Assembly (NCBI GenBank): GCA_902793435.1
Contig: CADBDF010000001.1
Span: 2,418 to 66,417, forward strand
Direction: 5' to 3'
DNA length: 64,000 nucleotides
From: an uncultured Pseudomonadota bacterium
Lineage (GTDB): Bacteria; Pseudomonadota; Alphaproteobacteria; Rs-D84
The notes beneath the pieces are model-generated. The model did not search any database and had not been told where the DNA came from. It saw only the letters and a program-made list of their open reading frames with translations. Shown in pieces: positions 10,015 through 20,290 of this stretch; within the stretch, counting starts at the first letter, position 1, and every line of letters begins with the position of its first letter. The position numbers and the translations under genes are program-made.

Positions 10015-10678
10015 ATTAAAATATTTCTTTATTACACTATGTTTAACTGGCTGTATGCAATACACCAGTCCGGAACGTAATACATGGGATTATTATTTAA
10101 ATGGCGCCAGTTTTATGGATATGAACGAAGAATCTAAAATTGCAAAAAGACCAATATATCTTGGTAATGGCGGAAAAATACTTACCGCAACAAATGATGC
10201 AAAAAAATTAGAATATGGCGACAAGGCAACAAACGACAATATGGTCAGTGTCCAATATATGACAGAATTAGAACGCGATTTGTATGATGCCCTGCGTGCA
10301 GCAGGTGTATCGGTGGAACGCGCAGGCACAGACGTTGTTGTGATTTTGGTTCGTGGTGCGATTATGCGTATGGACGTTGCAGAAATATCATCAAATGGTG
10401 AAAATTTATTGGGAACGATTGCGCGTATTTTACGTAAATACAATTCAACCTATATTGAAATTGCGGGTTATACAGATGCGATGACTGATACATCGGCTGC
10501 AAAACGCATGTCTTTGGATATGGCGGAACGCGTTGGTGTATTTTTGGCGCGCAAAGAAATAAAACCCAGTCGCATGTTTATTGTGGGACGCGGTTCGGCA
10601 CGACCAATCGCCGCCCAGGATAGCATTGGGCGACTGACCAATCGCAGAATCGAAATTCGTATTGCACCAGCACGATAA
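10004..10678 (+). CDS. OmpA/MotB-family lipoprotein (peptidoglycan-binding C-terminal domain)
   Basis: Lipobox LTGC and the OmpA_C-like motif IEIAGYTDAMTDTSAAKRMSLDMAERV...NRRIEIRI. Overlaps the pilin gene by 11 bp. Confidence 0.65.
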   Translation: MLNKLKYFFITLCLTGCMQYTSPERNTWDYYLNGASFMDMNEESKIAKRPIYLGNGGKILTATNDAKKLEYGDKATNDNMVSVQYMTELERDLYDALRAAGVSVERAGTDVVVILVRGAIMRMDVAEISSNGENLLGTIARILRKYNSTYIEIAGYTDAMTDTSAAKRMSLDMAERVGVFLARKEIKPSRMFIVGRGSARPIAAQDSIGRLTNRRIEIRIAPAR

Positions 10679-10778
10679 CAATAATCTGCAAGAATAATTA
10701 TTTCTTTTATTTTAAATTTTTTATTGTTATACTGGGTGCGAACACAATTAAACCAATCAAAAAAAAAGGAAGGATAAC

Positions 10779-11435
10779 ATGGTAAAAACAAACACAAATA
10801 TTACAATTAAAAACTATAAAAAAACTGGCATTATCGCAGCCATCGTTTTGGTTGTTGCGGCGTTGGGAATTTGGGCGGTTGCATCTATGAATCGCGAAGT
10901 GTCTGTAAATGATGCGATTGCAGAGGTTTCAACCGATGCGGCATCTGGCGCAGATATGCGTATTGCAGTTATCCGCATGGACACAGTCCAAGCAGATGCG
11001 GCGGCTTTGAAAGATTTGCGCGCACAAAAAGAAAGTTATGAAAAAAAATTGCGCGATGAATTGACCGCTGAACAAAAAACATTAGAAAAAGAAAAAACAG
11101 AAATCGAAAAATCACAGGGTGTTTTGTCCCAGGAAGCATTGCAACACCGCGTTGTTGATTACCAAACACGCGTTGCAAAATTACAACGCAATTTAACAGA
11201 ACGCGCACAAAGCATCGAAGAATCTTATCAAAAAGCATTAAATGAATTGCAAACAAAACATCTGGACCCAGTTATCGAAGGCATTATCGCAAAAAAGAAT
11301 TTGTCTTTGGTTATTGACGGCCGTTTTGCCCGCACAGGTGCAAATGTTGGCAATTTAGATATTACAGATGAAGTCGTAAAGGCTTTGAATAAAAAAGTTT
11401 CTTCATCAAAAATGACAACACCAAAAGGTTTTTAA
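10779..11435 (+). CDS. Skp/OmpH-like periplasmic chaperone
   Basis: N-terminal hydrophobic segment, RIAVIRMDTV start of the OmpH domain, a long coiled coil, and a C-terminal ...DITDEVVKALN. Confidence 0.6.
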   Translation: MVKTNTNITIKNYKKTGIIAAIVLVVAALGIWAVASMNREVSVNDAIAEVSTDAASGADMRIAVIRMDTVQADAAALKDLRAQKESYEKKLRDELTAEQKTLEKEKTEIEKSQGVLSQEALQHRVVDYQTRVAKLQRNLTERAQSIEESYQKALNELQTKHLDPVIEGIIAKKNLSLVIDGRFARTGANVGNLDITDEVVKALNKKVSSSKMTTPKGF

Positions 11436-11451
11436 TAAGAAACCAACAAAT

Positions 11452-11482
11452 AAAAAATACCGGCGTTTGCCGGTGTTTTTTT
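11452..11482 (+). terminator. Rho-independent terminator, member of the ACCGGCRTTTGCCGGT hairpin family
   Basis: taccggcgtttgccggtg followed by a T-run, immediately after the skp-like stop. Confidence 0.6.
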
Positions 11483-11580
11483 ATTCCGGCCAATTCCACC
11501 CCATAGCCAAACCAGACAAAAGGCGCAATTGTGTCCGCCACCCGAAGGGTGGTCATTGCTCGCTCGGGATGACAAAAATG
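11468..11580. repeat. GC-rich intergenic repeat element (AATTCCACCCC terminus; CCACCC-GAA-GGGTGG hairpin; ...GCTCGGGATGACAAAA module)
   Basis: Shares the AATTCCACCCCATAG terminus with the element at 13141. Shares the GCGCTCRGGATGACAAAA module with the region at about 1395..1495. Confidence 0.45.
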
Positions 11581-11633
11581 TATTGCATTTTTGTTAATGA
11601 TATTTATTTGATTTTATTGTGTTTTTATTGATT

Positions 11634-11838
11634 AAACCGGTCTAAAAAAAACCTAGGTTTAAAAGCAACAACTTTTTTCAAAAATTTTAAAATTCACTTT
11701 TTTGTAAAAACAATGCGTTATTCAAAATCGCAATTCGCCAGATGTGGTGTCGAAAAAAACCTAGGTTTTTTGTATATTTGTTATATAGCGAAAAAGCGCG
11801 GATTTCCGCCAGTTTATAAAGTCGAGAGAGTTGCAAAA
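11634..11838 (+). promoter_or_regulatory. Conserved leader/promoter of paralog A with two AAACCTAGGTTT palindromes (11649..11660, 11757..11768)
   Basis: Near-identical, in inverted orientation, to 24483..24735 upstream of paralog B. It is AT-rich and contains perfect 12-bp palindromes about 108 bp apart. Confidence 0.55.
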
Positions 11839-13152
11839 ATGTCTGCAAAATGTGCATTTTTTAGTGTTTTTCAAAAAATAATGGTATTTTGCTGTGCCAT
11901 ATTTTTTGGATTTGCCGACGCATTTTCCGCAAATTTGCCAAGTGGGTATACGGAATTGGAATATATCGAATCCAGTGGAACACAATATATTGATACGGGA
12001 ATAAACGCCACTGGTAACCTTGATATTCAAGCCACTGTGAAAATATTATCCATGGATTCTTCTATTTCTGGTTTGTTTGGTGCCAGGAATATAAGTAACA
12101 ATTCAACTCTTGATGCGGTTTGGTTAGGGGTTTCAACATCAAGAACTTTGTGGCTATACAATAACAATACTACTAATAACCATTTGCCTGTTTGGGACAC
12201 CAATAAATGGTATGATGTGCATACGATTAATGGTGATTTATATTTAGATGCTTCGAAAATTGCTACATACGAAACCGCGACATTTTCTGGACCGTTAATA
12301 TATTTATTCTCGAGCAATAATGGTGGTTCGATACAGAAGGGGGGTGGGAATTTTCAGTTTTCTAGTTTTAAGATAAAACAAAACAATACTCTTGTTCAAG
12401 ATTTAATTCCCGCGAAACGCGATAGTGACGGTGAAATCGGTATGTACGATACGGTCAGCAACACATTCTTTACCAACGCCGGTACTGGTACATTTACCGC
12501 CGGTCCGGAGGTGTTGAATCCATGCCGGAATTTGTTTGATTCATCAGCATTTAATACAGATGTTGGACAAACTAATACTTGGTTACATTTTCAAGTACCA
12601 AACGGCACATACACAATGAGTACTAATTTTCCTCCTCAAACAGGACAAGTATATACAAATGTTTGGGTTTTGGCAGGAAATGTAACATCTGGAATTGATA
12701 GTGCAACAAATGGTGTTTCTCTTGGCCACCCAAAAACAATAACTGTCACAGACGGCTGGTATTCAGTGGTGTACAGAAGTGGCATACCTAATATTCCGAG
12801 AAATCCAAAAGATTATAACTGGCAACTTGAACAAGGTTCAACAGCAACCGAGTATGTGCCGTATAATGCCAGTTGCCACAATACAAATGGAATCAAAATC
12901 GCAACCACTGCATATAACAGCGCGCGTTTTAGTCCTGTTATGACTGATTTAAATACTACTATTGCTACAATTCGCGATATCGTGACGAATACGATAAATC
13001 AAACCGCCGCAATAGCCAGTTTGCAAGCGGACAAGCAGACCCGCCCGGAAGATGCTTGTCCCGCCGGCAAAAAATGCCTACTGGTCGAAACCGAAGAAAA
13101 CGGCGTTATTGTCCCGCATTGGTTCCCGATAATAGAGGCACCCGAAGAATAA
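11839..13152 (+). CDS. Secreted phage-receptor-binding-protein-like protein, paralog A (alternative start 11881)
   Basis: Begins with a conserved leader ORF MSAKCAFFSVFQKI, then a copy-specific signal peptide MVFCCAIFFGFADAFSA. Central motifs YTELEYIESSGTQYIDTG and NWQLEQGSTATEYVPY. The C-terminal 90 aa (IATTAYN...CPAGKKCLLVETEENGVIVPHWFPIIEAPEE) is about 85% identical to paralog B. Confidence 0.6.
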   Translation: MSAKCAFFSVFQKIMVFCCAIFFGFADAFSANLPSGYTELEYIESSGTQYIDTGINATGNLDIQATVKILSMDSSISGLFGARNISNNSTLDAVWLGVSTSRTLWLYNNNTTNNHLPVWDTNKWYDVHTINGDLYLDASKIATYETATFSGPLIYLFSSNNGGSIQKGGGNFQFSSFKIKQNNTLVQDLIPAKRDSDGEIGMYDTVSNTFFTNAGTGTFTAGPEVLNPCRNLFDSSAFNTDVGQTNTWLHFQVPNGTYTMSTNFPPQTGQVYTNVWVLAGNVTSGIDSATNGVSLGHPKTITVTDGWYSVVYRSGIPNIPRNPKDYNWQLEQGSTATEYVPYNASCHNTNGIKIATTAYNSARFSPVMTDLNTTIATIRDIVTNTINQTAAIASLQADKQTRPEDACPAGKKCLLVETEENGVIVPHWFPIIEAPEE

Positions 13153-13205
13153 TTCCACCCCATAGGGGCGGGGGACCGCCCGTCACCAAAGGTGGCGGGT
13201 GGTGG
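13141..13205. repeat. GC-rich repeat element abutting the paralog A stop codon (AATTCCACCCC...GGTGGCGGGGG)
   Basis: Same termini as the element at 22919..23030 at the homologous position after paralog B. The internal modules differ. Confidence 0.5.
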
Positions 13206-13207
13206 CG

Positions 13208-13240
13208 GGGGTAAAAAAAACGCCCGGTTGGGCGTTTTTT
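13208..13240. terminator. Bidirectional rho-independent terminator (aaaaaaaacgcccggttgggcgtttttt)
   Basis: GC hairpin flanked by an A-run and a T-run, between convergent paralog A and rpsO. Confidence 0.6.
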
Positions 13241-13241
13241 G

Positions 13242-13514
13242 TTATTTACGCAAGCCTAATTTTTTAATCAAGGCTTCATAGTCTGCTTCGTTACGGCGTT
13301 TGATATATGCCAATAACTTTTTACGACGATTAACCATCAATAACAAACCGCGTTTGCTGTGTTCGTCTTTGTGGTTGTTTTTCATGTGTTCTGTTAAATT
13401 ACGGATACGTTCGGTCAAAACTGCAACCTGGGTTGCCGCGCTGCCGCCGTTATCGTTTTCAGAAACTTTGAATTCTTTAATTAATTCAGTTTTTTTTGTT
13501 TTTGTAATGGACAT
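13242..13514 (-). CDS. rpsO: 30S ribosomal protein S15
   Basis: 90 aa MSITKTKK...LGLRK, typical S15. Confidence 0.9.
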   Translation of the reverse strand: MSITKTKKTELIKEFKVSENDNGGSAATQVAVLTERIRNLTEHMKNNHKDEHSKRGLLLMVNRRKKLLAYIKRRNEADYEALIKKLGLRK

Positions 13515-13526
13515 TACATTTCCTTT

Positions 13527-14408
13527 TTATATTGTGCGTTTTGGACGCAATTGTTTATCTTGTACAAAACCGATTCCAACCAAGGTATCATCGTTATACA
13601 CGCGTACCAAACCGTCCGGTTCTGTGGTTTTGATAAATCCACCATGCCTATAAAGTTCGGTGTCTTTATCGTCCAGATTTAAAACCGGAATGCCCCCCAG
13701 TCCTAAATCTATTGGCATCAAAAATTCATTGATGTCGCCATACATTTTAACCATATTTTCCAAAAAATCAAGTGTGACAGCATTTTTTAAATCAAAACCA
13801 TTTGTGGAAATTCGGCGAATTGCGGTGACTGTCGCAATGGTTTTACAATAATTTGCAATGTCGCGCGCCAAAGACCGAACATAAGTCCCGCGCCCACATT
13901 TTACATAAAAATTCCAATTTTCACCGTCAAAGCCATCATACCTTAAATCAAAAATATGAATTTTGCGTGGTGCAATATCAATGTTTTCGCCATTTCGCGC
14001 AATTTTATACGCACGCACCCCATCAACATGTACCGCACTGTAAATTGGTGGAACCTGCATAACATCACCAATAAAATGTGTCACAGAATCGTTTATTTGC
14101 GTGTCTGTGGGAATTTTGTTGTTTTGTTGTGTGATTGTGCCGGTTATGTCTAAACTGTCTGTGCTGATGCCAAATTTGCATGAAAACAGATATTCTTTTG
14201 TGCCATCGTTTGCAGATTCTACAAATGGAATCATTTTTGTTGCGTCGCCAATCGCGATTGGTAAAACCCCAGTCGCCATTGGGTCCAATGTTCCAATATG
14301 CCCAGATTTTTTATATCCAAACAAACGCGCCACGCGTGATGATGCACTGCGACTGAATAAACCCGATGATTTGTCTAAAATAATCCAACCAGACATTTTA
14401 TTCCCCAA
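13527..14408 (-). CDS. truB: tRNA pseudouridine(55) synthase
   Basis: TruB motif GTLDPMATGVLPIAIG; 293 aa; directly upstream of rpsO. Confidence 0.85.
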   Translation of the reverse strand: MGNKMSGWIILDKSSGLFSRSASSRVARLFGYKKSGHIGTLDPMATGVLPIAIGDATKMIPFVESANDGTKEYLFSCKFGISTDSLDITGTITQQNNKIPTDTQINDSVTHFIGDVMQVPPIYSAVHVDGVRAYKIARNGENIDIAPRKIHIFDLRYDGFDGENWNFYVKCGRGTYVRSLARDIANYCKTIATVTAIRRISTNGFDLKNAVTLDFLENMVKMYGDINEFLMPIDLGLGGIPVLNLDDKDTELYRHGGFIKTTEPDGLVRVYNDDTLVGIGFVQDKQLRPKRTI

Positions 14409-16923
14409 ACAAATTTAATTGTGGCGAATTTGATTCGTTTTTATGTTTTGGCGCACTTTTGGCTTTTTCAATTTTGATTTCATTTTTAACAGTTTTGTTT
14501 TCGCCACTTTCCAATCCCGCCAACACAGATTCTGCGCGTGCAACAACCGATTCTGGCATGCCCGCCATTTTTGCAACATGAATACCGTATGAACGATTCG
14601 CAACACCATTGACGATTTTATGCATAAATATAATTTCATTATTGTATTCACGCACATCAATTGTCAGGCATGAAACCATATTTAAAACACCGCCATTATC
14701 ACCCGACAAAGCGGTTAATTCATGATAATGTGTTGCAAATAAAGTGCGTGGTGCCATATTGTTTAAAAATTCTAATACTGATTGAGCAATTGCCATACCG
14801 TCGTATGTTGCGGTTCCGCGACCGATTTCATCAAATATAATAAAAGACCGATTTGTTGCGCGACGCAAAATATTTGCGGTCTCACTCATTTCTACCATAA
14901 ATGTCGATTGACCAGCCGCCAAATTATCGGACGCGCCAACGCGACTGAATAACTGGTCACAAATTCCAATTGTTGCAGATTTTGCTGGTACAAAAGACCC
15001 CAGGTGCGCCAACACAACAATCAACGCATTTTGACGCAGATATGTTGATTTTCCCGCCATATTTGGACCGGTAATAAGGGCAATTTTTTTATTTGATAAA
15101 TCGCAATCATTTTTTACAAAGTTATCACCATGTTTGCGTAATACGGCCTCTATTACTGGGTGGCGACCGCCAACGATGCAAAAATCTGGACCTGTTGTCA
15201 TTTCTGGACACGCCCAATCGTATTCAATCGCGACAAATGTCAAAGCCGACCAAACATCTAAATCCGCCAACAAATCAGCTGTTGCCAATAAATCGTCGGC
15301 AACATCACTGATTTTCGAAATAAATTTGTTAATGATTTCTTCTTCTATGGCAGCGGCCTTGTCGGACGCATTGCGAATATCGTTATCCAATTCAATCAGT
15401 TGTGATGTTGTAAAACGAACATTACCCGCCAGGGTTTGACGATGTATAAATCCAGATTCCGGTTTCATCATATCATCGGCGCGTGTTGCCGGAACCTCTA
15501 TAAAATATCCCAATATATTATTGAATTTTATTTTTAATGTATGAATCCCGGTTTGTTCAATATATTGTGACTGCAAACCTGCAACGGTATTGCGTGCGCC
15601 ATGTGATAATTCGCGCATTTTATCCAACGATAAATCAAACCCATCACGAATAATATTCCCGTCACGAAAAAATGTTGGCAATTCATCATTTAATGCACGA
15701 TTTAATTGCAAACCTAATTCGTCATGAGTTTTTATTGCGTATAACTTTTTTGCGAAATCGTCATCTAATGCATGGGACATCATTTTTAAATTTGGCAAAT
15801 TTATAATAAAATCGCGAACATGCGACATATCGCGTGGCGTGCCGCGACCCGCGGACAACCGCGCCAAAGAACGTCCAACATCCGGCATAGATGACAATTC
15901 ATGCGCAACATTTATTAAAACATTTCGATTAGAAATAAAATGATTTATATGTTTTTGACGCAGTTTTATTTCATCAATACTGCCCGACAAAGCACGCATA
16001 TACGCACGTAATTTTCGCGCCCCCGCGGCAGTTTTTGTTTTATCCAACACATCGACCAAACATGCACCACCGGCATTTATTGGTGCATCTATTTCCAAAC
16101 TTTTCCATGTTGCAGAATCGATTAATAATTGTGCATCGTTTTTGAACTGTCGTGGCGCACGAAAAGTTGTTGTCACACCACGACCCGCATTAAATAAATA
16201 CCCAGCCAACAAACAAATTGCGCTGTCTGCGGGGTCTGTTTTTATATCGCCGACAACACCACCAAAAACAGTTTCAACAATTTGTGAAATGTCGGAACGA
16301 ATATACAATTTTTCAAATACAGGTGTTGTTTTGAACACTGTGCGCATGTGAAATATAGTGTCGTTTTCCGCATGCGAAGATGGAAATATAACCTCGGCGG
16401 GATTTAATCGCACCAAATCATCAATTAAATCATTTGTTGCGCCAACAAAAAATTCCCCGGTTGAAATATCACAACCTGCGACATCAAATCCACCATTTTG
16501 CATTGGCACAATCGCAACCAAAAAATTTGCAGACTTTGGATTTAATAAATTTTCATCGGTCAGTGTCCCAGGTGTTAAAACACGAACAATTTTGCGTTCG
16601 ATATATTTATGTCCGCGTTCCTTTGCTTGTGCTGGGGTTTCCATTTGTTCAACCAATGCAACTTTGAATCCAGATTTTACCAATCGACCAAAATAATTAT
16701 CTGCCGCATGCCATGGAATACCGCACATTGGGATATTTGCGCCTGTTTCATCGGTTCCGCGTTTGGTTAAAACCAGACTCAAAGCTTCGCTGATGGTTTT
16801 GGCATCATCAAAGAAAGCCTCGTAAAAATCGCCCAAACGGAACAGCAACAAAGCCTCTGGGTTTTCGGCCTTCATATCCATATATTGTTGCATCACCGGT
16901 GAAAGTTTTTCTTTTGCCGCCAC
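14398..16923 (-). CDS. mutS: DNA mismatch repair protein MutS
   Basis: 841 aa with TPVMQQY, Walker A GPNMAGKSTYLRQ and the C-terminal ATPase domain. Overlaps truB by 11 bp. Confidence 0.9.
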   Translation of the reverse strand: MAAKEKLSPVMQQYMDMKAENPEALLLFRLGDFYEAFFDDAKTISEALSLVLTKRGTDETGANIPMCGIPWHAADNYFGRLVKSGFKVALVEQMETPAQAKERGHKYIERKIVRVLTPGTLTDENLLNPKSANFLVAIVPMQNGGFDVAGCDISTGEFFVGATNDLIDDLVRLNPAEVIFPSSHAENDTIFHMRTVFKTTPVFEKLYIRSDISQIVETVFGGVVGDIKTDPADSAICLLAGYLFNAGRGVTTTFRAPRQFKNDAQLLIDSATWKSLEIDAPINAGGACLVDVLDKTKTAAGARKLRAYMRALSGSIDEIKLRQKHINHFISNRNVLINVAHELSSMPDVGRSLARLSAGRGTPRDMSHVRDFIINLPNLKMMSHALDDDFAKKLYAIKTHDELGLQLNRALNDELPTFFRDGNIIRDGFDLSLDKMRELSHGARNTVAGLQSQYIEQTGIHTLKIKFNNILGYFIEVPATRADDMMKPESGFIHRQTLAGNVRFTTSQLIELDNDIRNASDKAAAIEEEIINKFISKISDVADDLLATADLLADLDVWSALTFVAIEYDWACPEMTTGPDFCIVGGRHPVIEAVLRKHGDNFVKNDCDLSNKKIALITGPNMAGKSTYLRQNALIVVLAHLGSFVPAKSATIGICDQLFSRVGASDNLAAGQSTFMVEMSETANILRRATNRSFIIFDEIGRGTATYDGMAIAQSVLEFLNNMAPRTLFATHYHELTALSGDNGGVLNMVSCLTIDVREYNNEIIFMHKIVNGVANRSYGIHVAKMAGMPESVVARAESVLAGLESGENKTVKNEIKIEKAKSAPKHKNESNSPQLNLFGE

Positions 16924-16937
16924 GATTTTACACCTAT

Positions 16938-17135
16938 TTATTCAGTAATTTTCAAAGTTTCGATTTTCAATTCGGCTTCTTTTAACAATTGTTCGCAGTA
17001 AGCCTTTAATTTAATACCTTGTTCGTATGCCGCCACAGAATCAGCCAATGGCAATTCACCAGATTCCATTTTTTTAACCAATTCGGTTAATTGTTTATAT
17101 GCTTCTTCAAAGGTTAATTTTTTTTCTTCTGCCAT
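16938..17135 (-). CDS. xseB: Exodeoxyribonuclease VII small subunit
   Basis: 65 aa helical MAEEKKLTFEEAYKQLTELVKKMESGELPL. Confidence 0.7.
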   Translation of the reverse strand: MAEEKKLTFEEAYKQLTELVKKMESGELPLADSVAAYEQGIKLKAYCEQLLKEAELKIETLKITE

Positions 17136-17147
17136 TTTCTTTCCTTT

Positions 17148-18581
17148 TTATAAATTGATATCCCATGTTGTACCATTTGGCGTATCTTTTAAAACGATAC
17201 CTTTGTCCAACAACTTGGTGCGCACGTTGTCCGCCGTTGCCCAATCTTTATTTTGTTTTGCCACTGCACGTTCATTGATATATTTTTCAATATCGCCAAC
17301 AGTTATATTGGAATTTTTTAATACAGTCGATTTTATATTGTTGATATATTCATCAGGATTTTTTTGTAATATATTCAACACACCGAACAATTCAACGATT
17401 TTATTTCCAATGCGTTTTAAATCATATTCGGTTGATTTTTTTGCCAATTCAGTATTGATAAAATTAAACCAACCAAACGCAGATGCAATAACTTCCAAAG
17501 TATTAAAATTATCGTTCATTGCGCGTTCAAATTCGTTTTTAATTTCATCGATTTTTGCGTTTGTTTTGTCGGCATCTGCGCCTGAAAAATCGCGTTCATT
17601 TAATGCCATCAGCCCAGAATACATTTTATAAATGTGTCGGCGTGATTCTGGAAACAAAGAATCTGTGATATCAATATCTGCCGAATATGTATTTCGCAAC
17701 AAAGCAAATCGTATTGTATCTGCATCGTATTTATCTAAAACATCTTTTAACAAAATACCGTTGCCAAGTGATTTGCTCATTTTTTGACCATTGATTTTGA
17801 CCAATCCGCAATGAATCCAATATTTTGCAAATTGTTTTCCGGTAAGTGATTCTGTTTGTGCAATTTCGTTTTCGTGGTGTGGAAAAACCAAATCACGACC
17901 ACCACCATGAATATCAATCTGTTCGCCCAAATATTTTAAATTCATCGCACTGCATTCAATGTGCCAGCCCGGTCGTCCCATACCCCATGGCGATTTCCAA
18001 GCAATTTCACCAGGTTTTGCAGATTTCCATAATGCAAAATCTAAATCATTTTGTTTGCCTGGTTCTGTTTCTTTGCGAACGCCAGTATCATTTTTATCAA
18101 CCTGGATATGAGATAACTTGCCGTATTCATTAAAACTGGATAACTTAAAATAAACATCGCCGAACTGCGAAACATAGGCATGCCCAGAATCAATCAATTT
18201 TTGCACAAAGTTTATAATATCATCAATACAATGTGTTGCACGTGCCATAATAGTTGGTTTTTCATTACCCAATTTATCCATTTCAATATCGGTCTGTGCT
18301 ATATATTTTTCAGCAAACTCCACAGGGTCTTCATTTGCGCGTGCTGCATTGGCAATAATTTTATCATCGACATCGGTATAGTTTCTAACATATTTAACAT
18401 CATATCCCAAATAACGCAGGTATCGTGTAATAACATCAAATACGACTGATTGATATGCATGCCCAATATGTGCATCGCCCGACACAGTAATACCACATGC
18501 GTACATATTAACGATTCCAGGGTTTAGTGGGACAAAATCTTGCTTTGTTCTGGACAAAACATTATAAACTTTCAATGCCAT
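17148..18581 (-). CDS. cysS: Cysteine--tRNA ligase
   Basis: HIGH motif (HIGHAYQ), KMSKS and Zn-binding cysteines; 477 aa. Confidence 0.9.
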   Translation of the reverse strand: MALKVYNVLSRTKQDFVPLNPGIVNMYACGITVSGDAHIGHAYQSVVFDVITRYLRYLGYDVKYVRNYTDVDDKIIANAARANEDPVEFAEKYIAQTDIEMDKLGNEKPTIMARATHCIDDIINFVQKLIDSGHAYVSQFGDVYFKLSSFNEYGKLSHIQVDKNDTGVRKETEPGKQNDLDFALWKSAKPGEIAWKSPWGMGRPGWHIECSAMNLKYLGEQIDIHGGGRDLVFPHHENEIAQTESLTGKQFAKYWIHCGLVKINGQKMSKSLGNGILLKDVLDKYDADTIRFALLRNTYSADIDITDSLFPESRRHIYKMYSGLMALNERDFSGADADKTNAKIDEIKNEFERAMNDNFNTLEVIASAFGWFNFINTELAKKSTEYDLKRIGNKIVELFGVLNILQKNPDEYINNIKSTVLKNSNITVGDIEKYINERAVAKQNKDWATADNVRTKLLDKGIVLKDTPNGTTWDINL

Positions 18582-18641
18582 GACAAATTCCTTTATATGC
18601 AGGATTCAAAATACACAATAAAAACCGAACTTTCAACAAGT

Positions 18642-19058
18642 TTAATTAAATTTTTTATCAAAAAATTTGCAGATAATATCTTTGAAATCTTGGTGCATGT
18701 CTAAATGTTCGGTGTCTTGACGATTTACCCATTTATAATCGGTGTGTTCAGGCGATAAAACAACATCACCTGAAACATATTTTGCGACGAACAAATACCC
18801 AAAAAATTGAGTGTCTTTGTTGTATGCAATACCCGTCCAACCAAATACGGGGTGGGGCATTGCATCTATGTTTAGTTTAACTTCTTCGTAAATTTCGCGT
18901 GTAATAGCCGTTTGAAAATTTTCACCAAATTCAATTTTTCCACCGGGTAAATCCCACATGCCCGGGAACACAGGTGTTTCTTTGTTTCGTTTTAACACCA
19001 AAATATTTCCCTGTGCATTATATATAATTATTTTTACGACACCCCGAAAATTTGCCAT
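18642..19058 (-). CDS. NUDIX hydrolase
   Basis: Nudix box GGKIEFGENFQTAITREIYEEVKL. Confidence 0.7.
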   Translation of the reverse strand: MANFRGVVKIIIYNAQGNILVLKRNKETPVFPGMWDLPGGKIEFGENFQTAITREIYEEVKLNIDAMPHPVFGWTGIAYNKDTQFFGYLFVAKYVSGDVVLSPEHTDYKWVNRQDTEHLDMHQDFKDIICKFFDKKFN

Positions 19059-19080
19059 TTTATAAATCCATTATTTACGA

Positions 19081-19110
19081 AAAAACACCGACACTTGCCG
19101 GTGTTTTTAT
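19081..19110. terminator. Bidirectional terminator hairpin (aaaaacaccgacacttgccggtgtttttat), variant of the CCGG-family hairpin
   Basis: Inverted repeat with flanking A and T tracts downstream of mreB. Confidence 0.5.
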
Positions 19111-19121
19111 ACGATTTTGTA

Positions 19122-20174
<1,053 letters not shown>

Positions 20175-20290
20175 TCAATCCTTATCTTTTTGTCGTGCAA
20201 ACTATAAAACGATATATGTGAAAAATCAAGCGTCCTAAACAAAAAATGTTTTTATTTGATTTCTTGGATTTTTGGGGCATAATACCCGTC

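Noticed and set aside
11713-11838. ORF-track start of paralog A at 11713 (MRYSKSQFARCGVEKN...)
   Set aside because: That region is the AT-rich conserved leader containing the palindromic operators. The inverted copy has no equivalent in-frame extension. Start placed at 11839 or 11881.
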